From NCBI GenBank assembly GCA_043228905.1, contig JBHGNT010000016.1, forward strand, positions 4,154,001 to 4,218,000: a DNA stretch of 64,000 bases. Direction: 5' to 3'. This DNA is from Azolla caroliniana (Eukaryota > Plantae > Polypodiophyta). The position numbers and the translations under genes were made by a program. The notes beneath the pieces are model-generated. The model searched no databases. It had not been told where the DNA came from and saw only the letters and a list, made by a program, of their open reading frames with translations. This document shows positions 1 to 13,344 of this stretch, in pieces. The stretch's first letter is position 1, and every line of letters begins with the position of its first letter.

Positions 1-394
1 ATCTTGTTGTTCAGGCTCAAGCTTCTGCAGCTTCCAGGGCTCCGCGATTGATAGGTTGATGCATTTATCCCAAGCTTCATCTAGACACATGGAACAAAAG
101 CATGATAAACTACGGAGTAACAATTGTGTTGTGTCCTTGCGGCTAAACCCTAACACACAATGGGTGTTGCGTGTGCCTATCACGGTTTTACAACCATATG
201 ATTTAGTTCTATCGACCTCATCAGCGCGAACTTCAACAAACAATCTCTTCTTACCATCATTTGACATCTTCCATTTTAGCCACTACACAACATCATGTGC
301 ATTTTGTAACTTAGCACCATTATTATCCAACTGCTCACTTGTAAGGGAACGTTTGATCACAGCCCCCGCGCCATCATGCTCTCCTTTTCCATGT

Positions 395-993
395 TGTTGG
401 GATTACGGTCCCTTCGGATGGGATGGTCGGATATCGGAGACGAATGCCGACAAGCCCGGTTTCGGTTTCGGAACCGGATGGTGAAAACCCGACATCGGAG
501 CCGGATGACGAATGTACCCGGAGCGAGATCCGGATGTGGGGACATATCTGTGAATATGTTTGCCAAGGGCCCTTGAGGCTATAGTTGTAAATAGCCCCAA
601 AGTCATATGTGTATAAATATGACTTAGGGCAATCAGTTTTGGTGTGGCTGATCATTTTTCTGTTTTTCCACTCAAGAGGAGTGAAGAGAGAGCAGCCGCG
701 AGAGAGATAGAGCGTGAGAGAGGAAGAGGTCGACGCCTCTGTGTAATACCGCCGCCTGTGGCGAGGACAGCGAGCTCAAGGTCGTCGCCTTGCAGCTCGC
801 CATTGTATATTTCTCTGTGCATAGTTCGTTTGGAGTCTTGTACTCCCGTGGTTTTTCCCGTCTAGGGTTTTCCACGTTAATCCCTGTGTATTCGTGTTCT
901 TTCTCTGTGGTTCCTATTTTCTGCTGCATTGATTCGTGTTTACTCGGTTGTGGCCGAGTGGTGAAGGTTAATCGGAGCGTCGATTGCTCAACA
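395..993 (+). repeat. Copia A 5' LTR
   Basis: TGTTGGG...TCAACA, direct repeat of 5108-5706. Confidence 0.95.
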
Positions 994-996
994 AAC

Positions 997-1007
997 TGGT
1001 ATCAGAG
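997..1007 (+). promoter_or_regulatory. Primer binding site, tRNA-iMet (TGGTATCAGAG)
   Basis: Canonical plant iMet PBS 3 nt after the LTR. Confidence 0.9.
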
Positions 1008-1023
1008 TGGGCTGCTGCAGAAA

Positions 1024-4000
1024 ATGGAAGGCGGCGGCAGCGGGCAGCCGGGGATGATGGTGCTAAATGCACAGAATTACGCCGACTGGAAGATCAAGAT
1101 GGAGGATCTTCTGATTGTTCGGGACCTGTACGAACCGATTGACAGGTCGGAAATACCGAAGGGGGTACTTGAGTCAGAATGGAGGCTTCTGAACCGGAAA
1201 GCCGTTGCAACCATTCGGCAATACGTAGACGTGAGCGTTCTACAACATGTGGCGAACGACACCAACGCATATGAGATGTGGCGGAAGCTGTCGGGCCTCT
1301 ATGAGAGGAAGAATGCGTTGAACCGGACCTCCCTGATGAGGAAGATAGTGAACCTCAAGTACCGGGACGGCGAGAGTATGGTGGAACACGTAAGCACGTT
1401 CATGGGATTCGTGAACCAGCTTGCGGCGATCAAGTTCCCGCTGGAGGATGCAATGCAAGCCATCATTCTGATGTGTACATTGCCGGAAAGCTGGGAGAAC
1501 TTGGTGGTGACTCTCAGCACCTCCTGCACCGAAGATAACTTGTCCCTACAAACGGTAAAGACAAGTATTTTGAACGAAGAAGCGCGTCGGAGAGATAAAG
1601 AACCGGCCTCCGACTCGAAGGCGCTGCTTACCGAATCGGAACGGGGAAGACAATGGAACCGGAGTCCGCAAAGACGGGAGAAGTCGGGGACCCGGTCGCA
1701 GTCAAGAGGAAGGCCCACATGTTTCCACTGTGGGAAGTCGGGGCACTTCCGAAAGAATTGTCGGCATTACCGAAAAGACAACGGAGCCGACGACACCGAT
1801 TCGAAGAAGTCTTCGGAACGGAACGGTGCTTACCGGGGAGCCACGGACCGGAATGGTTCGGATCGGCGAGGGCAGGACCGGAAAGGAACGACGGCACTCG
1901 CGGCAAGTGAAGAGGAGATCATGCTCATTACCGAAGAAGGTGAACTAAACATTGCCGGCGATGAGACTACCTGAGTGGTCGATTCCGGAGCGTCGTTCCA
2001 CCTGACCCCGGAAAGAAGATACTTCTCATCCTACACAGCCAGTGAGCTTGGCTGTGTTCGGATGGGAAATGAAGGTACGTGCCGGATTGCCGGCATAGGA
2101 GACGTGTGGTTGACAACCCCGACCGGATGCAAAATGCTGCTGAAGGATGTCCGACACGTTCCGGAGGTTCGATTGAACCTGATTTCGGCCGGGAGGCTAG
2201 ACGATGAAGGCTACACAGGTAGCATCCGGAACGGCGTAATGAAGTTCAGCAAGGGAAGCCTGATAGTGGCTCGGGCCCGGAAAGTCAACACACTGTACCT
2301 TATGAATGCCTGGTTGTGTCCGGAAGAGTTGAACGTGGCAGCCGACACTGCCAGTGAGCTGTGGCACAAGAGACTGTGGCACATGAGTGAGAAGGGGATG
2401 AAGAGGCTTGCAGAAGACAACCTTATTCCAGTGAAGCATGTGCACCTGGAGAAGTGCACCGATTGCCTGGCCGGTAAGCAGAACCGAACCTCCTTCCACT
2501 CAAGGCCACCGACGAGACGTAGCGCACCATTGGAGTTGGTGCACACTGATGTGTGTCAGGTAGAAACGAAGTCACATGGCGGAGCCCAGTACTTCGTAAC
2601 ATTCATTGATGATCACAGCCGGAAGCTGTGGACGGCACCGTTGAAGACAAAGGACCAAGTGTTGTGCGTCTTCAAAGAACTCCACGCGAGAGTGGAAAGG
2701 GAATCCGGCAAGAAGCTGAAAGCGATACGAGCAGATAACGGAGGGGAATACCGGGGGCAGTTCGCGGAGTACTGTCGCTCGAAGGGAATCCGGCTCGAGT
2801 TTATTGTGCCGAAGACGCCGGAACTGAACGGGCTGGCCGAGAGGATGAATCGGACCATAATGGAGAGGGTCCGGAGTATGCTGGCGCATGCGGAATTACC
2901 CAAGGGGTTTTGAGCTGAGGCGATGTCGACGGCGACATACGTGATAAACAGATCACCCTCAGTACCTTTGGACGGAGACACGCCGCAGAGAGTGTGGACC
3001 GGTAGGGAAGTATCCTACCGGCATCTGAAGGTGTTCGGGTGTCTCGCATACGTGCATGTGGCAAAGGACCGGAGAGGAAAGCTAGATCCAAAGACCCGAC
3101 CATGCATATTCCTCGGTTACGGCGATGACGAGTTCGGCTACCGAGTATGGGACCCGGTCGACAAGAAGATATTCAGGAGTCGAGATATCATCTTCATGGA
3201 GGACAAGACACTCGCCTACTGGGAGTCGGAGAAGAAGATGAAGAGCTCCAAGTCGACCGGTGAGGATCAACTCTACGAAGAGCAGTCCCGACCGGCAAGG
3301 GACCGGTTAGCACTCGAGGACCCGGCCGAAGACGGTGAAGAAACAGAACCGGCCGAGGAAGATGAAAATGATACCGGAACCGGCCCCGATCCCGAAATGG
3401 ATTCGGATGAAGAAGAATCGGAAGAACCAGTTACCGAAGCTCCGGAACGGAGATATCCTCTAAGAGAGAGAAGGGCCCCCCGGAGATTTCCGGAACCAGA
3501 GCACGTGCTGCTAACCGACGAAGGGGAGCCGGAGAGCTTTGAAGAAGCAAAGCATGACACCCAGAGCTGCAGGTGGTTGAGTGCCATGCAGGACGAGATG
3601 GATTCCCTGCATGAGAACCACACATATGAACTTGTGGAGTTGCCGAAAGGAAAGCGGGCACTTCGAAACAAGTGGGTGTTCAAGCTGAAACCGGGAGATG
3701 CCGGAAACCCCCCGAGATACAAAGCCAGGATCGTGGTGAAGGGGTTTCAGCAGAAGAAGGGCGTCGACTTCGACGAGATATTTGCCCCGGTAGTGAAGAT
3801 GACCTCCATCCGGACGGTGCTGAGCATAGCGGCAAGCATGGACCTCGAGGTAGAACAGATGGACGTGAAGACGGTATTCCTTCACGGTGACCTCGAAGAA
3901 GAGATCTACATGCAGCAACCGGAAGGATTCGAGAAGAAAGGGAAGGAGCACCTGGTATGCCGGTTGAAGAAGAGCCTTTACGGACTGAAGCAGGCTCCCC

Positions 4001-5097
4001 GGCAATGGTACCGGAAGTTCGACTCTTTCATGACCGACGAAGGGTACCTCAAAACGCAGTCCGACCACTGCGTGTTTGTGAAGAAGTTCGAAGGAGGAGA
4101 CTTTCTAATACTCCTCCTGTACGTGGACGACATGTTGATCGTCGGACGAGACCAGGTCAAGATACGGATGCTGAAGAAGGCTCTTCACCGAACCTTCTCA
4201 ATGAAGGACCTGGGTCCGGCGAGGCAAATACTAGGGATGCACATCATCCGGGACCGGAAGAAGAAGCAGTTGTGGCTGTCACAGGAGAAGTACGTGACAA
4301 AGGTGCTTCACCGGTTCAACATGTCGGAAGCAAGACCGGTCGGGTCAACACTCCCGGCAAACTGCAAGCTGTCCAGCAAGCAGAGCCCCAAGACAAAGGC
4401 TGAGAAGGAGGACATGATGAAAGTACCATATGCCTCTGCCGTCGGGAGCTTGATGTACGCAATGGTGTGTACCCGGCCGGACATCGGATATGCAGTCGGA
4501 GTGGTGAGCCGGTACATGAGCAATCCCGGCAAAGAGCATTGGAACGCGGCCAAGTGGATACTCCGATACCTGAAGGGCACGGCAAACGTGTGCCTCCGAT
4601 TCGGCTCCGGTAAGCCCGAACTCGACGGCTTCACCGATTCGGATATGTCGGCTGATGCAGATACCAGCCGGTCCACATCAGGGTATGTGATGACCTATGC
4701 AGGGGGAGCCGTTTCGTGGCAGTCGAGGCTGCAGAAGACGGTTGCGTTGTCAACCACGGAGGCGGAGTACATGGCAGCTGTTGAAGCCGGCAAGGAAATA
4801 ATATGGATGAAGGACTTCATTAGAGAGCTCGGGATCCGGCAGGAGGAGTACCGACTCTACTGCGATAGTCAGAGTGCCATCCACCTTGCAAAGAACGCGG
4901 CCTACCATTCCCGGACGAAACACATCCAGCGTATATACCACTAGATCCGGGAAAGAATAGAAGACAAAGAGTTCGTGCTGACGAAGGTCCACACGGACGA
5001 GAACGGGTCGGATATGCTGACCAAGGTGCTCACACCCGACAAGCTGGAAGCATGCCGGAAGAGGATCGGATTGGAAAGACATCCCATGCCGAAGTGA
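1024..5097 (+). pseudogene. Copia gag-pol polyprotein with three in-frame stops
   Basis: Single frame: CFHCGKSGHFRKNC knuckle, VDSGAS protease, HTDV/DNGGEY/AER integrase, YVDD RT, TDSD/STTEAEY RNase H. Stops at 1972, 2911 and 4942 each replace a Trp. Confidence 0.93.
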
Positions 5098-5107
5098 AGG
5101 GGGAGTT

Positions 5108-5706
5108 TGTTGGGATTACGGTCCCTTCGGATGGGATGGTCGGATATCGGAGACGAATGCAGACAAGCCCGGTTTCGGTTTCGGAACCGGATGGTGAAGA
5201 CCCGGCATCGGAGCCGGATGACGAATGTACCCGGAGCGAGATCCGGATGCGGGGACATATCTGTGAATATGTTTGCCAAGGGCCCTTGAGGCTATAGTTG
5301 TAAATAGCCCCAAAGTCATATGTGTATAAATATGACTTAGGGCAAACAGTTTTGGTGTGGCTGATCATTTTTCTGTTTTTCCACTCAAGAGGAGTGAAGA
5401 GAGAGCAGCCGCGAGAGAGATAGAGCGTGAGAGAGGAAGAGGTCGACGCCTCTGTGTAATACCGCCGCCTGTGGCGAGGACAGCGAGCTCAAGGTCGTCG
5501 CCTTGCAGCTCGCCATTGTATATTTCTCTGTGCATAGTTCGTTTGGAGTCTTGTACTCCCGTGGTTTTTCCCGTCTAGGGTTTTCCACGTTAATCCCTGT
5601 GTATTCGTGTTCTTTCTCTGTGGTTCCTATTTTCTGCTGCATTGATTCGTGTTTACTCGGTTGTGGCCGAGTGGTGAAGGTCAATCGGAGCGTCGATTGC
5701 TCAACA
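5108..5706 (+). repeat. Copia A 3' LTR, preceded by PPT GAAGGGGGAG
   Basis: Direct repeat of 395-993; PPT ~5096-5105. Confidence 0.95.
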
Positions 5707-5794
5707 CATGTCTAGACCCGAAGTAATTCCATTGCATACGAATATTGAATAAGGAGAAATACCTGCTTTGGTATCTCAGGTTTCCAACAAAATT

Positions 5795-7270
5795 AGTACT
5801 ATGTTGTCAATTGAGAGTACTACACTTCCATTAATACTGATTTAGTACAAATACAAAACAAAGCATAGCACAACGTATCCATTGAGAACACTCTACACTT
5901 ATTAAAAGATAAATAGTACTATGTTGTCAACCAACAGTACTTGGCATCCATTTAATACTAACTTAGTATGGATATAGCACAAAGTATAGTACAATGAGTT
6001 CATGGAAAGCACTCTACATGTATTAACAGATAAATAGTACAAAATGTTCAATATCGGATAGTACAATACAATGTGTCCACGGAGAACACAACCCTCCTTA
6101 GAAGATCATTAGTACTACAAGACATGTACTTTACATCCCCCAATAAACATTGATTTAGTATAGATACAACACATAGTACAATACAGTGTGTTCATGGAGA
6201 ACGTTAAACATTGATTAATAGATAATCAATACCACACAGTGTGTTTAAAAGATGAGTACAATATGAGTACAATACTATGAGTACAACATGAGTAAATACT
6301 GATTTAGTACAATTCTCTGAAGGACGGACAATACTATGAGTACAAGATGAGTACTTTACATCCTCCTGTAAACACAACATAGTATAGATACAACACACAA
6401 CATAGTACAATGTGTCTATGGAGAACCCTTCACATGGATTAAAACATAATTAGTACAATTCTCTTAAGGACGGACAATACTATAAGTACAAGATGAGTAC
6501 TTTACATCCTTTTGTAAACACAACATAGTACAGAACCAACACACAACATAGTACAATGTGTCTATGGAGAACCCTTCACATGGATTAATCGATACTTAGT
6601 ACAATTCTCTTAAGGACGGACAATACTATGAGTACAAGATGAGTCCTTTACATCCTCCTGTAAACACAACATAGTACAGATACAACATACAACATAGTAC
6701 AATGTGTCTATGGAGAACCCTTCACATGGATTAAAACATAATTAGTACAATTCTCTTAAGGACGAACAATACTCTAAGTACAAGATGAGTACTTTACATC
6801 CTTTTGTAAACACAACATAGTACAGAACCAACACACAACATAGTACAATGTGTCTATGGAGAACCCTTCACATGGATTAATCGATACTTAGTACAATTCT
6901 CTTAAGCACAGACAATACTCTGAGTACAATATGAGTACTTTACATCCTTCTATACACACAACATAGTACAGATACAACACACAACATAGTACAATGTGTC
7001 TATGGAGAACACTTCACATGGATAAAAAGATAATTAGTACAATTCTCTTAAGGACGGACAATACTATGAGTACAAGATGAGTACTTTACATCCTTCTGTA
7101 AACACAACATAGTACAATGTGTCTATGGAGAACACTTCACATGGATTAAAAGTTACTTAGTACAATTCTCTTAAGGGTGGACAATACTATAGAGTACAAT
7201 ACGAGTACTTGACATCCTTCAGTAAATACTGATTTAGTACAGATACAACACACAACATAGTACAAACAAA
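5795..7270. repeat. 146-bp tandem repeat array inside the transposase intron
   Basis: TTAGTACAATTCTC recurs at 6304, 6450, 6596, 6742, 6888, 7034 and 7157; more diverged units lie at 5795-6300. Confidence 0.9.
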
Positions 7271-9339
7271 ATTAGTATGCATGCATCCATTCACAAGTGC
7301 AAGATTCGAATAGTTACAAACATAATTAGTATGCATCCATGTGAATAGTACTGTTTGTTAATAGTTACAAACATAATTAGTATGCATCCACTAACACAAG
7401 AATTACTTCCTTACACATTGCATGATAAGTACTAAACATATGGATTAAAAATTACCTGGCGATAAAGTAGAACAATCGTGCCGCCTTAAACTACAAGGCA
7501 ACACCATCAGACCAAACCCAATGACGGTTAAAGGTTAACCCTAGAGAAAATAAATCTACATGGTGAAGCTTAAAACAATGTTGAACAAATAGTGTATCAT
7601 GCTTTTTATCATCTGAAATGTAAAATATTGATTTCTTATGTAACTCACCGTCTTGCCTCCAATAGCAAATATGTACAAGTATTGTACATTGATCATTGTA
7701 CCAATGCATTGATTGAACTCATTTTGAACTTTAAATGTATAGTTTTCTGCAAAATCAATAACGGATACGATGACACCCGTTGGTAAGTTATTAATACATT
7801 CCTTGAACTGTGAATTTTGCCAATAACTCCGGAAGTTATGTGGAATGAACTCCCCAAGTTGTTTCTTAAATTCTGAGACAAGGGTAGCAGCACATGTCTC
7901 CTTATATACTTCCTTGATACGCTTAGTTACAACTCCCTTGCCAATATTTTCAATCACATACTCCAAATATTTCCATTTCACGATATGACTATTTCCCAAA
8001 TCAAGCTCCTGCCTACAAAATAATGGTAGCGGACAAACCTTACATGTTCTTAATAGACATGTACGACGATGCCACTCACATGATGGTTGTTTTTCACAAA
8101 CACAAGACCTCCATAGCTCAGAAACGGATGCATAAGTCATGTTTCGTGCATTACACCTATTATCCTCCCCATTTGGTCTACAAATCTCACAAGTGCAGAC
8201 ACATAATTCCCCGTGTATACCCTTAGAATCAGTACGCATTGCATTCACTGCTAGCCTTAACATGTCCATCTTCACATGGTACACACAACAACATGTATTC
8301 CTCTCATTTAATTTTCTAACATAAAATGGTTTCAAACCTTGGAACTTGCGGAATCCAACAGTCAAGCTTGGATGTTGGTCTTTAAAGTTCATGTACAATT
8401 CAGCCTACATCAACCAATATATATAGCAAACATTAATATACACTTGGTCAAAACACAAAGTTATGGAATGTGAATTGATATAAAAAAATGGAATACCTCT
8501 GTCATCTCCAAGAAGTGTCTAGGGTGAATCTGGTACTTACCTTGACTTATTTGTTGTCTACACACGTCCTTCTTATTTGGTGAGACACGCGTATTTTTGG
8601 CCCAAAATGAATCCACTTTCTCAATAATCTCTTGAGATAAGGCATCACATCGTCGTCTACGTCCCAACCCCAGCCACTTGAATTTGCTTGAGTGTATATT
8701 TCGGCGATGTTTCCTCAAGTTCCTTCTTTGAATACCCAGGGCTAAGGCAACTTTAGTATCACTATATTTTTTTTCTCTCGCACCGTTCACAACCATGTGT
8801 AGGGCAAGGGTTGCCCTCTTTGCAGCAAGTTTGTCTAAGCTCTCTACACCTTTCACTAAGTCTAGGGATGACTTCATAGACTCCACAATCTCTTCTGAAA
8901 CACATTGGTCCCTAAATTTTATTCTCTCCATGTCTTCATTCAAACTTTGATGGTGTAACACTCTACAGATAATATCCCTACGATCCTCTTCACTAAATCT
9001 CTTCGTTATTTCTACCAAATAACGGACTATGTGAAGAACCACTCGTCTCTTAGTCCTTTCATATATGCATGAGTTACTTGACAACTCACTCTCGTTAGGG
9101 ACCCCCATTCGGTCACTAGATTTATCCACAAAAATTAAGTGTCTTGCGAAAGTAGTTAATGTTATATAGACTCAACCAAGAAAACATAATCAAATGTTTT
9201 TAAATGTGGCCTACAAAGTGAGAAATATTTTGTTTCAAACATTAGAATTACATATCAAATATGACAAATGTCAATTCTAAAAATTTAGTACTGAAATATG
9301 AAGAAATGAAACATTTTAGTACTGAAAATAAAAACATGG

Positions 9340-9570
9340 ATGGAAGGAACCTCCAATGGTGGAGGGAGCGTTGGATATGCCGCCTCGATTTGGTGGAAGG
9401 AACCTCCAATGGTGGAGGGAGCGTGGATATGCAGCCTCGATTTGGTGGAAGGAACCTCCAATGGTGGAGGGAGTGTTGGATATGCTGCCTCGATTTGATG
9501 GAAGGAACCTCCAATGTCGCCTCGATTTGGTGGAAGGAACCTCCAATGCCGCCTCGATTTGGTGGAAAAA
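9340..9570. repeat. ~52-bp minisatellite (GGAAGGAACCTCCAAT...CCTCGATTTGGT) plus shorter ~27-bp units
   Basis: About three long and two short tandem units are visible. Confidence 0.85.
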
Positions 9571-10089
9571 GCCCCAAATCACCACGACATCAACTACAAT
9601 CAGTGGAAGTAAGAAAGTCGTTGTCGAAGAAGTCACTATTGGCTGCTACCTAAACCCTCAGAACAGTCTCTATACCTCAACCTAAACCCTAACAAAAACC
9701 GAAACCCTAAAAAAATCAGAAATCCTCAACTCAAACTCTCCAACTAGACATGGATGTCTGAGATTTAGATTGAAGGAAAATCAGAAACGTGACATGGATG
9801 TCTGTGATGAAAAGCTCAGAGGGATAGAGGAAGAGGAGTATGAGGGGAAGCGCCAAAACGACGTGAGGGGAAAATAGCCCCCAAAATGGAAGAACATCTC
9901 CTCACGTGTTCCCCCCACTCCTTCTATAGTAAATGACACTTGTACTACAGTCACCCCACTCTCCAAAATCGATTTTCTTTTTCTCTAATTTTTTTTCTAA
10001 ATTATTCGGTACTAACAATATTGAAAGTACTGACAATTTTTGTGGCCAAAAACAGTACTTTTTTGGTACACCGTAGCGTGCTTCGACCC

Positions 10090-11686
10090 ATTAGCAATAA
10101 GCCTATGTTAAATTGGGCTTTGGGCCCCAATTTCAGATGGTTGAGGAGAGGAGAAGCTATTACATACTTGGGTTTCAAAATCTGTATGGACATTGATCGA
10201 TCAGAACATTACAATCTACTCATGGACAAAAAACATGCTTCAAACAGGCCAACTTAATCAATGCCCAAGGGAATGCGTTAGTGGACTGGAAGATATTTCT
10301 GTCTAATGATATGGGCACTCCAAAGGCTAGAATATGGAGGATAACCAAGGGTAAAAGCATGCTAATAAGAATTACAGATGTCATTGCACCCAACAAGCAA
10401 ACCTTCGAAGATGAAGCTATAATGGACGGGTCAGTCTTATAGATGTTGGAAATTATCTAATTGGAATTATGAGAATGAAAGGAGGATCTAATGAGCATGC
10501 TACTACAAAATAGAGCATGGAATGCCAATATGTGACCAACCAGCCTATCAAACTGAAAGGCAAATTAGGTTGATTGCAAAAAATGGAAAGGATATGATGG
10601 TTGACCCCAAGCCGAGTGAGATCAAACTGACGACAGTGTGATGGCCGATAGAAGGGCATTCAAATAAACTATCATGGGACCCAACGATGTATTTCGGGAG
10701 AATTCAAGGACGAATCGAGGGTGCCAAGTTGGTTCAAATTTTCAAGTACAACACAAAAATCGGGAGGCAAATTATTCTAGAACAAGAACACAAAGATATT
10801 GCAACACGTAAATATTGGATACAAAAGGGCATTAGTGAAAGGAGATTAGATCAATTCTGGAAAATGATATGGCATGACAGTGGTGACCGCAAGATAATTA
10901 TGTACTTATGGCTTATTGCGCATAGAGCCTTGCCGGTAGGGACATGGGCTAAAGGCCCAAATGTAGACCCTAGACGTAGTGCATGTGGACAACTAGAAAG
11001 CATTTCCCATTGTCTATGGGAATGTCGTGAGGCAACTGTTGTATGGGGAAGGGCATTATGATTGTTATGCCATGCCTCTAGCTCATTTACCCTCAAATGG
11101 GGACATGCTTGTTAGAATTGTCTTGATGATGATGTGGAGAAATTTGATAGAACATGCAAAGCAATGTACAGAGGAGAGAATGGAACTATTCAATTGACCA
11201 TTGATAACAAGGCAACTACAGTTAATGCACAGAAGCAAAAAATTGGAGATTTATGGATGTTGCTTGCACCCATTATCATATGGAGCATATGGACGGCAAG
11301 ATGTACCAAGGTATTTTTCAACAAACAAATGCCCTCCAACTGAATCTATTAAGCTAATATGGCACACATTAATAACTACATTGAGGGCACAATATGAGCG
11401 GATTGATGGAACAGATGATGCTTCAAAGCTAATGAGGCTAAATTTCAGAAAAAAAAATATGTAGTACCCAAATGGTTGTTCCCCCATCCCATTAGATGAA
11501 AGAGGTGCGTGAATGACATGAGATACATAGAGAACAAACATGTGGGCTATTGAATGTAGGTGATGTGTAAGATAAATAAGTGATGTCACCCAATGGAAGT
11601 AGTCAATGACTACCCGATAAAGGGACTAAAGTTGTGTACTGAATGACATTTTAATTAATGGAGTATATTCTTTTTTGGAAAAAAAG
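10090..11686 (+). mobile_element. Degenerate L1-type LINE 3' part
   Basis: ITYLGF RT-thumb motif, zf-RVT-like FWKMIW..KIIMYLWLIAHRALPVG..ESISHCLWEC, A-tail ~11679-11686. Confidence 0.8.
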
Positions 11687-11689
11687 GGG

Positions 11690-12400
11690 CACACCTTGCC
11701 TACATTCCCTTTTCGCCACCCATTAACTAGTATAGCTTTATGAACCAATAACCAACGGAAACAAACAATTTTTCTGCTCATTTTTATACCCCACAACCAT
11801 TTTCAAAATCCATTTCGTCTCTAAAAGACATTTGCGGTTGGTTCTTTCCATGATCTACCACCTAATATTTTCCTACCAATCTTCATAGAATATTGAAAAA
11901 AAGCACATATTTTATCTGAACTTGAACCCACACCTTCCGATACACTTGTCCAGGATCCCAAGATAATCTAGATATTGGTCTCCTTTCTATAATCTAAATC
12001 CTCCAAAAAGAATTCACATTTTGTGGATCCGAATCTAGGACCCAATTTGATCCATCATTTGCAATCACCCTCACTTCTTTATGCAAACAAAAACTAAACA
12101 AACTAGTTTCCTTAGGTGTGAAGATTAACCTATGATCTATACATAAAAAATCATACACACTTGTTCCCCAATATAGGCCTTTACTCCAATCAAAACATCC
12201 AATGGAATAAATAAACCCATCCACTTTTGTATAGCAGATCCAATCTGCATCTGAATATTAGAAAGTGTGTTTTGTATTGCATTATACATTATCTTTCCGC
12301 CCCTTATACCCGATGCTTCTATTATAGTTGTTGAATTTCTAGTTGTTACATATTCATACATTACATGGTCAATATGAAAGTTTTACAAGCAATGTTAATG
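11690..12400 (-). mobile_element. Degenerate LINE fragment
   Basis: Minus-strand translation near 11700-11810 gives KWLWGIKMSRKIVCFRWLLVHKAI, like the zf-RVT region at 48030-48110; many disruptions. Confidence 0.6.
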
Positions 12401-13344
12401 CTATTTTCAGTAAGTAGATGCATTTTTAAAGGTTATGGGATTCAACACTCAATTTTAGGGAAGATGGAGGTCACATTACATGGATGTATACTGTTGTCAT
12501 CATTTTGGGAAACAATGTGCTAACTTTTTTATGGCTTTTGTTGCTATAGGTTGTTGGTGGTATAGGCTACATTTCATGTTCATTTGCAGTTTGGGAGGAG
12601 TAGACCACAGTAATCTTGGAGATATGGTATACAAATATGTGTGGTTATTGTATATACACATCAAATCAGCCATGATGTGAGTATAAGGGGATCGGTTGGT
12701 ATATCCAACACAACTTTTGTACTTCTTGTGATTTTATAATTCCAAGGCATATATTTATTTATTTATTAAAGATTTATATAGTAGCTTTTGTGAACATGCT
12801 CTACATCATATGATTTATATAGTAGGTTTGTAAGACTGACAAATAGTAGCTTTCATGAACATGCTCTACGTCCAATGACTATCAAATAGGATTGTAAGAC
12901 CGACCAATACATTGTATTCAATATTTCTTGAGTCAGTGGGCATCCACATAAGATGGAACTATCACGTCCCTACAAGGATTTGTGTATAACACTCTCAAAC
13001 GTAAAATTTTATAACTAATGGAAGGAGTTTTTTTGGAAAGTAAATAAATATTTGAAGAGTTATTCATCATATGTTTTTTGGTCGATCAATCGAGTGTCAA
13101 ATTTCTAATTACATATAGTTATTGAATGATCATCTTTGGAGAAATACATGTAAGTAGGTTGTACAACATTGAAATATAGATAACTAAAGTATACAAGAAT
13201 GAATATGAATGAAAGGCCTCAATGCTTTAGTAAGTACGCCCATAAAGTGTGGAAAAAAGAATAACAAGAGCAGTAACTTCGTCTCAAAAGGAGAGACAAG
13301 TGGTTTTGACTGATAAGAGGTCTTCTCCATCTCAATCTTGATAT

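Larger units (their letters stand above)
395..5706 (+). mobile_element. Copia A, full-length Ty1/Copia LTR retrotransposon (Tork/Tnt1-like)
   Basis: Two 599-bp TG..CA LTRs with ~6 differences, TSD CATGT (390-394, 5707-5711), PBS, PPT, and gag-PR-INT-RT-RH order. Confidence 0.97.
1..9129 (-). pseudogene. Sola2-like transposase, spliced: exons ~9129-8497, 8404-7456, 5762-5712 joined to 394-1
   Basis: GT-AG introns 8496-8405 and 7455-5763 join FLEMTE|AELYMNFK and FYFIAR|YFSLFNIRMQWNYFGSRHGKGEHDGAGAVIKR after removing Copia A and one TSD. Frameshift near 7715 and in-frame stops (e.g. 7491). Confidence 0.75.
1..10089 (-). mobile_element. Sola2-like DDD DNA transposon (3' end outside window), interrupted by Copia A
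   Basis: Transposase motifs DFAENY, SDDKKHD, WSDG..xFK and HGKGEHDGAG. Putative 5' terminus GGGTCGAAG at 10089 (5'-GRG), where sequence switches abruptly to LINE ORF2-like coding. The other terminus and TSD are not visible. Confidence 0.7.

Noticed and set aside
1972-1977. Programmed stop-codon readthrough between gag and pol in Copia A
   Set aside because: The TGA replaces the conserved Trp before VVDSGAS, lacks a CARYYA context, and two more Trp-to-stop changes occur downstream.
5795-7270. CRISPR-like array
   Set aside because: Whole units repeat with no unique spacers, there are no cas genes, and the context is eukaryotic.
9248-9685. ORFs over the 52-bp minisatellite
   Set aside because: Open in several frames because of the repeat; no evidence of coding function.
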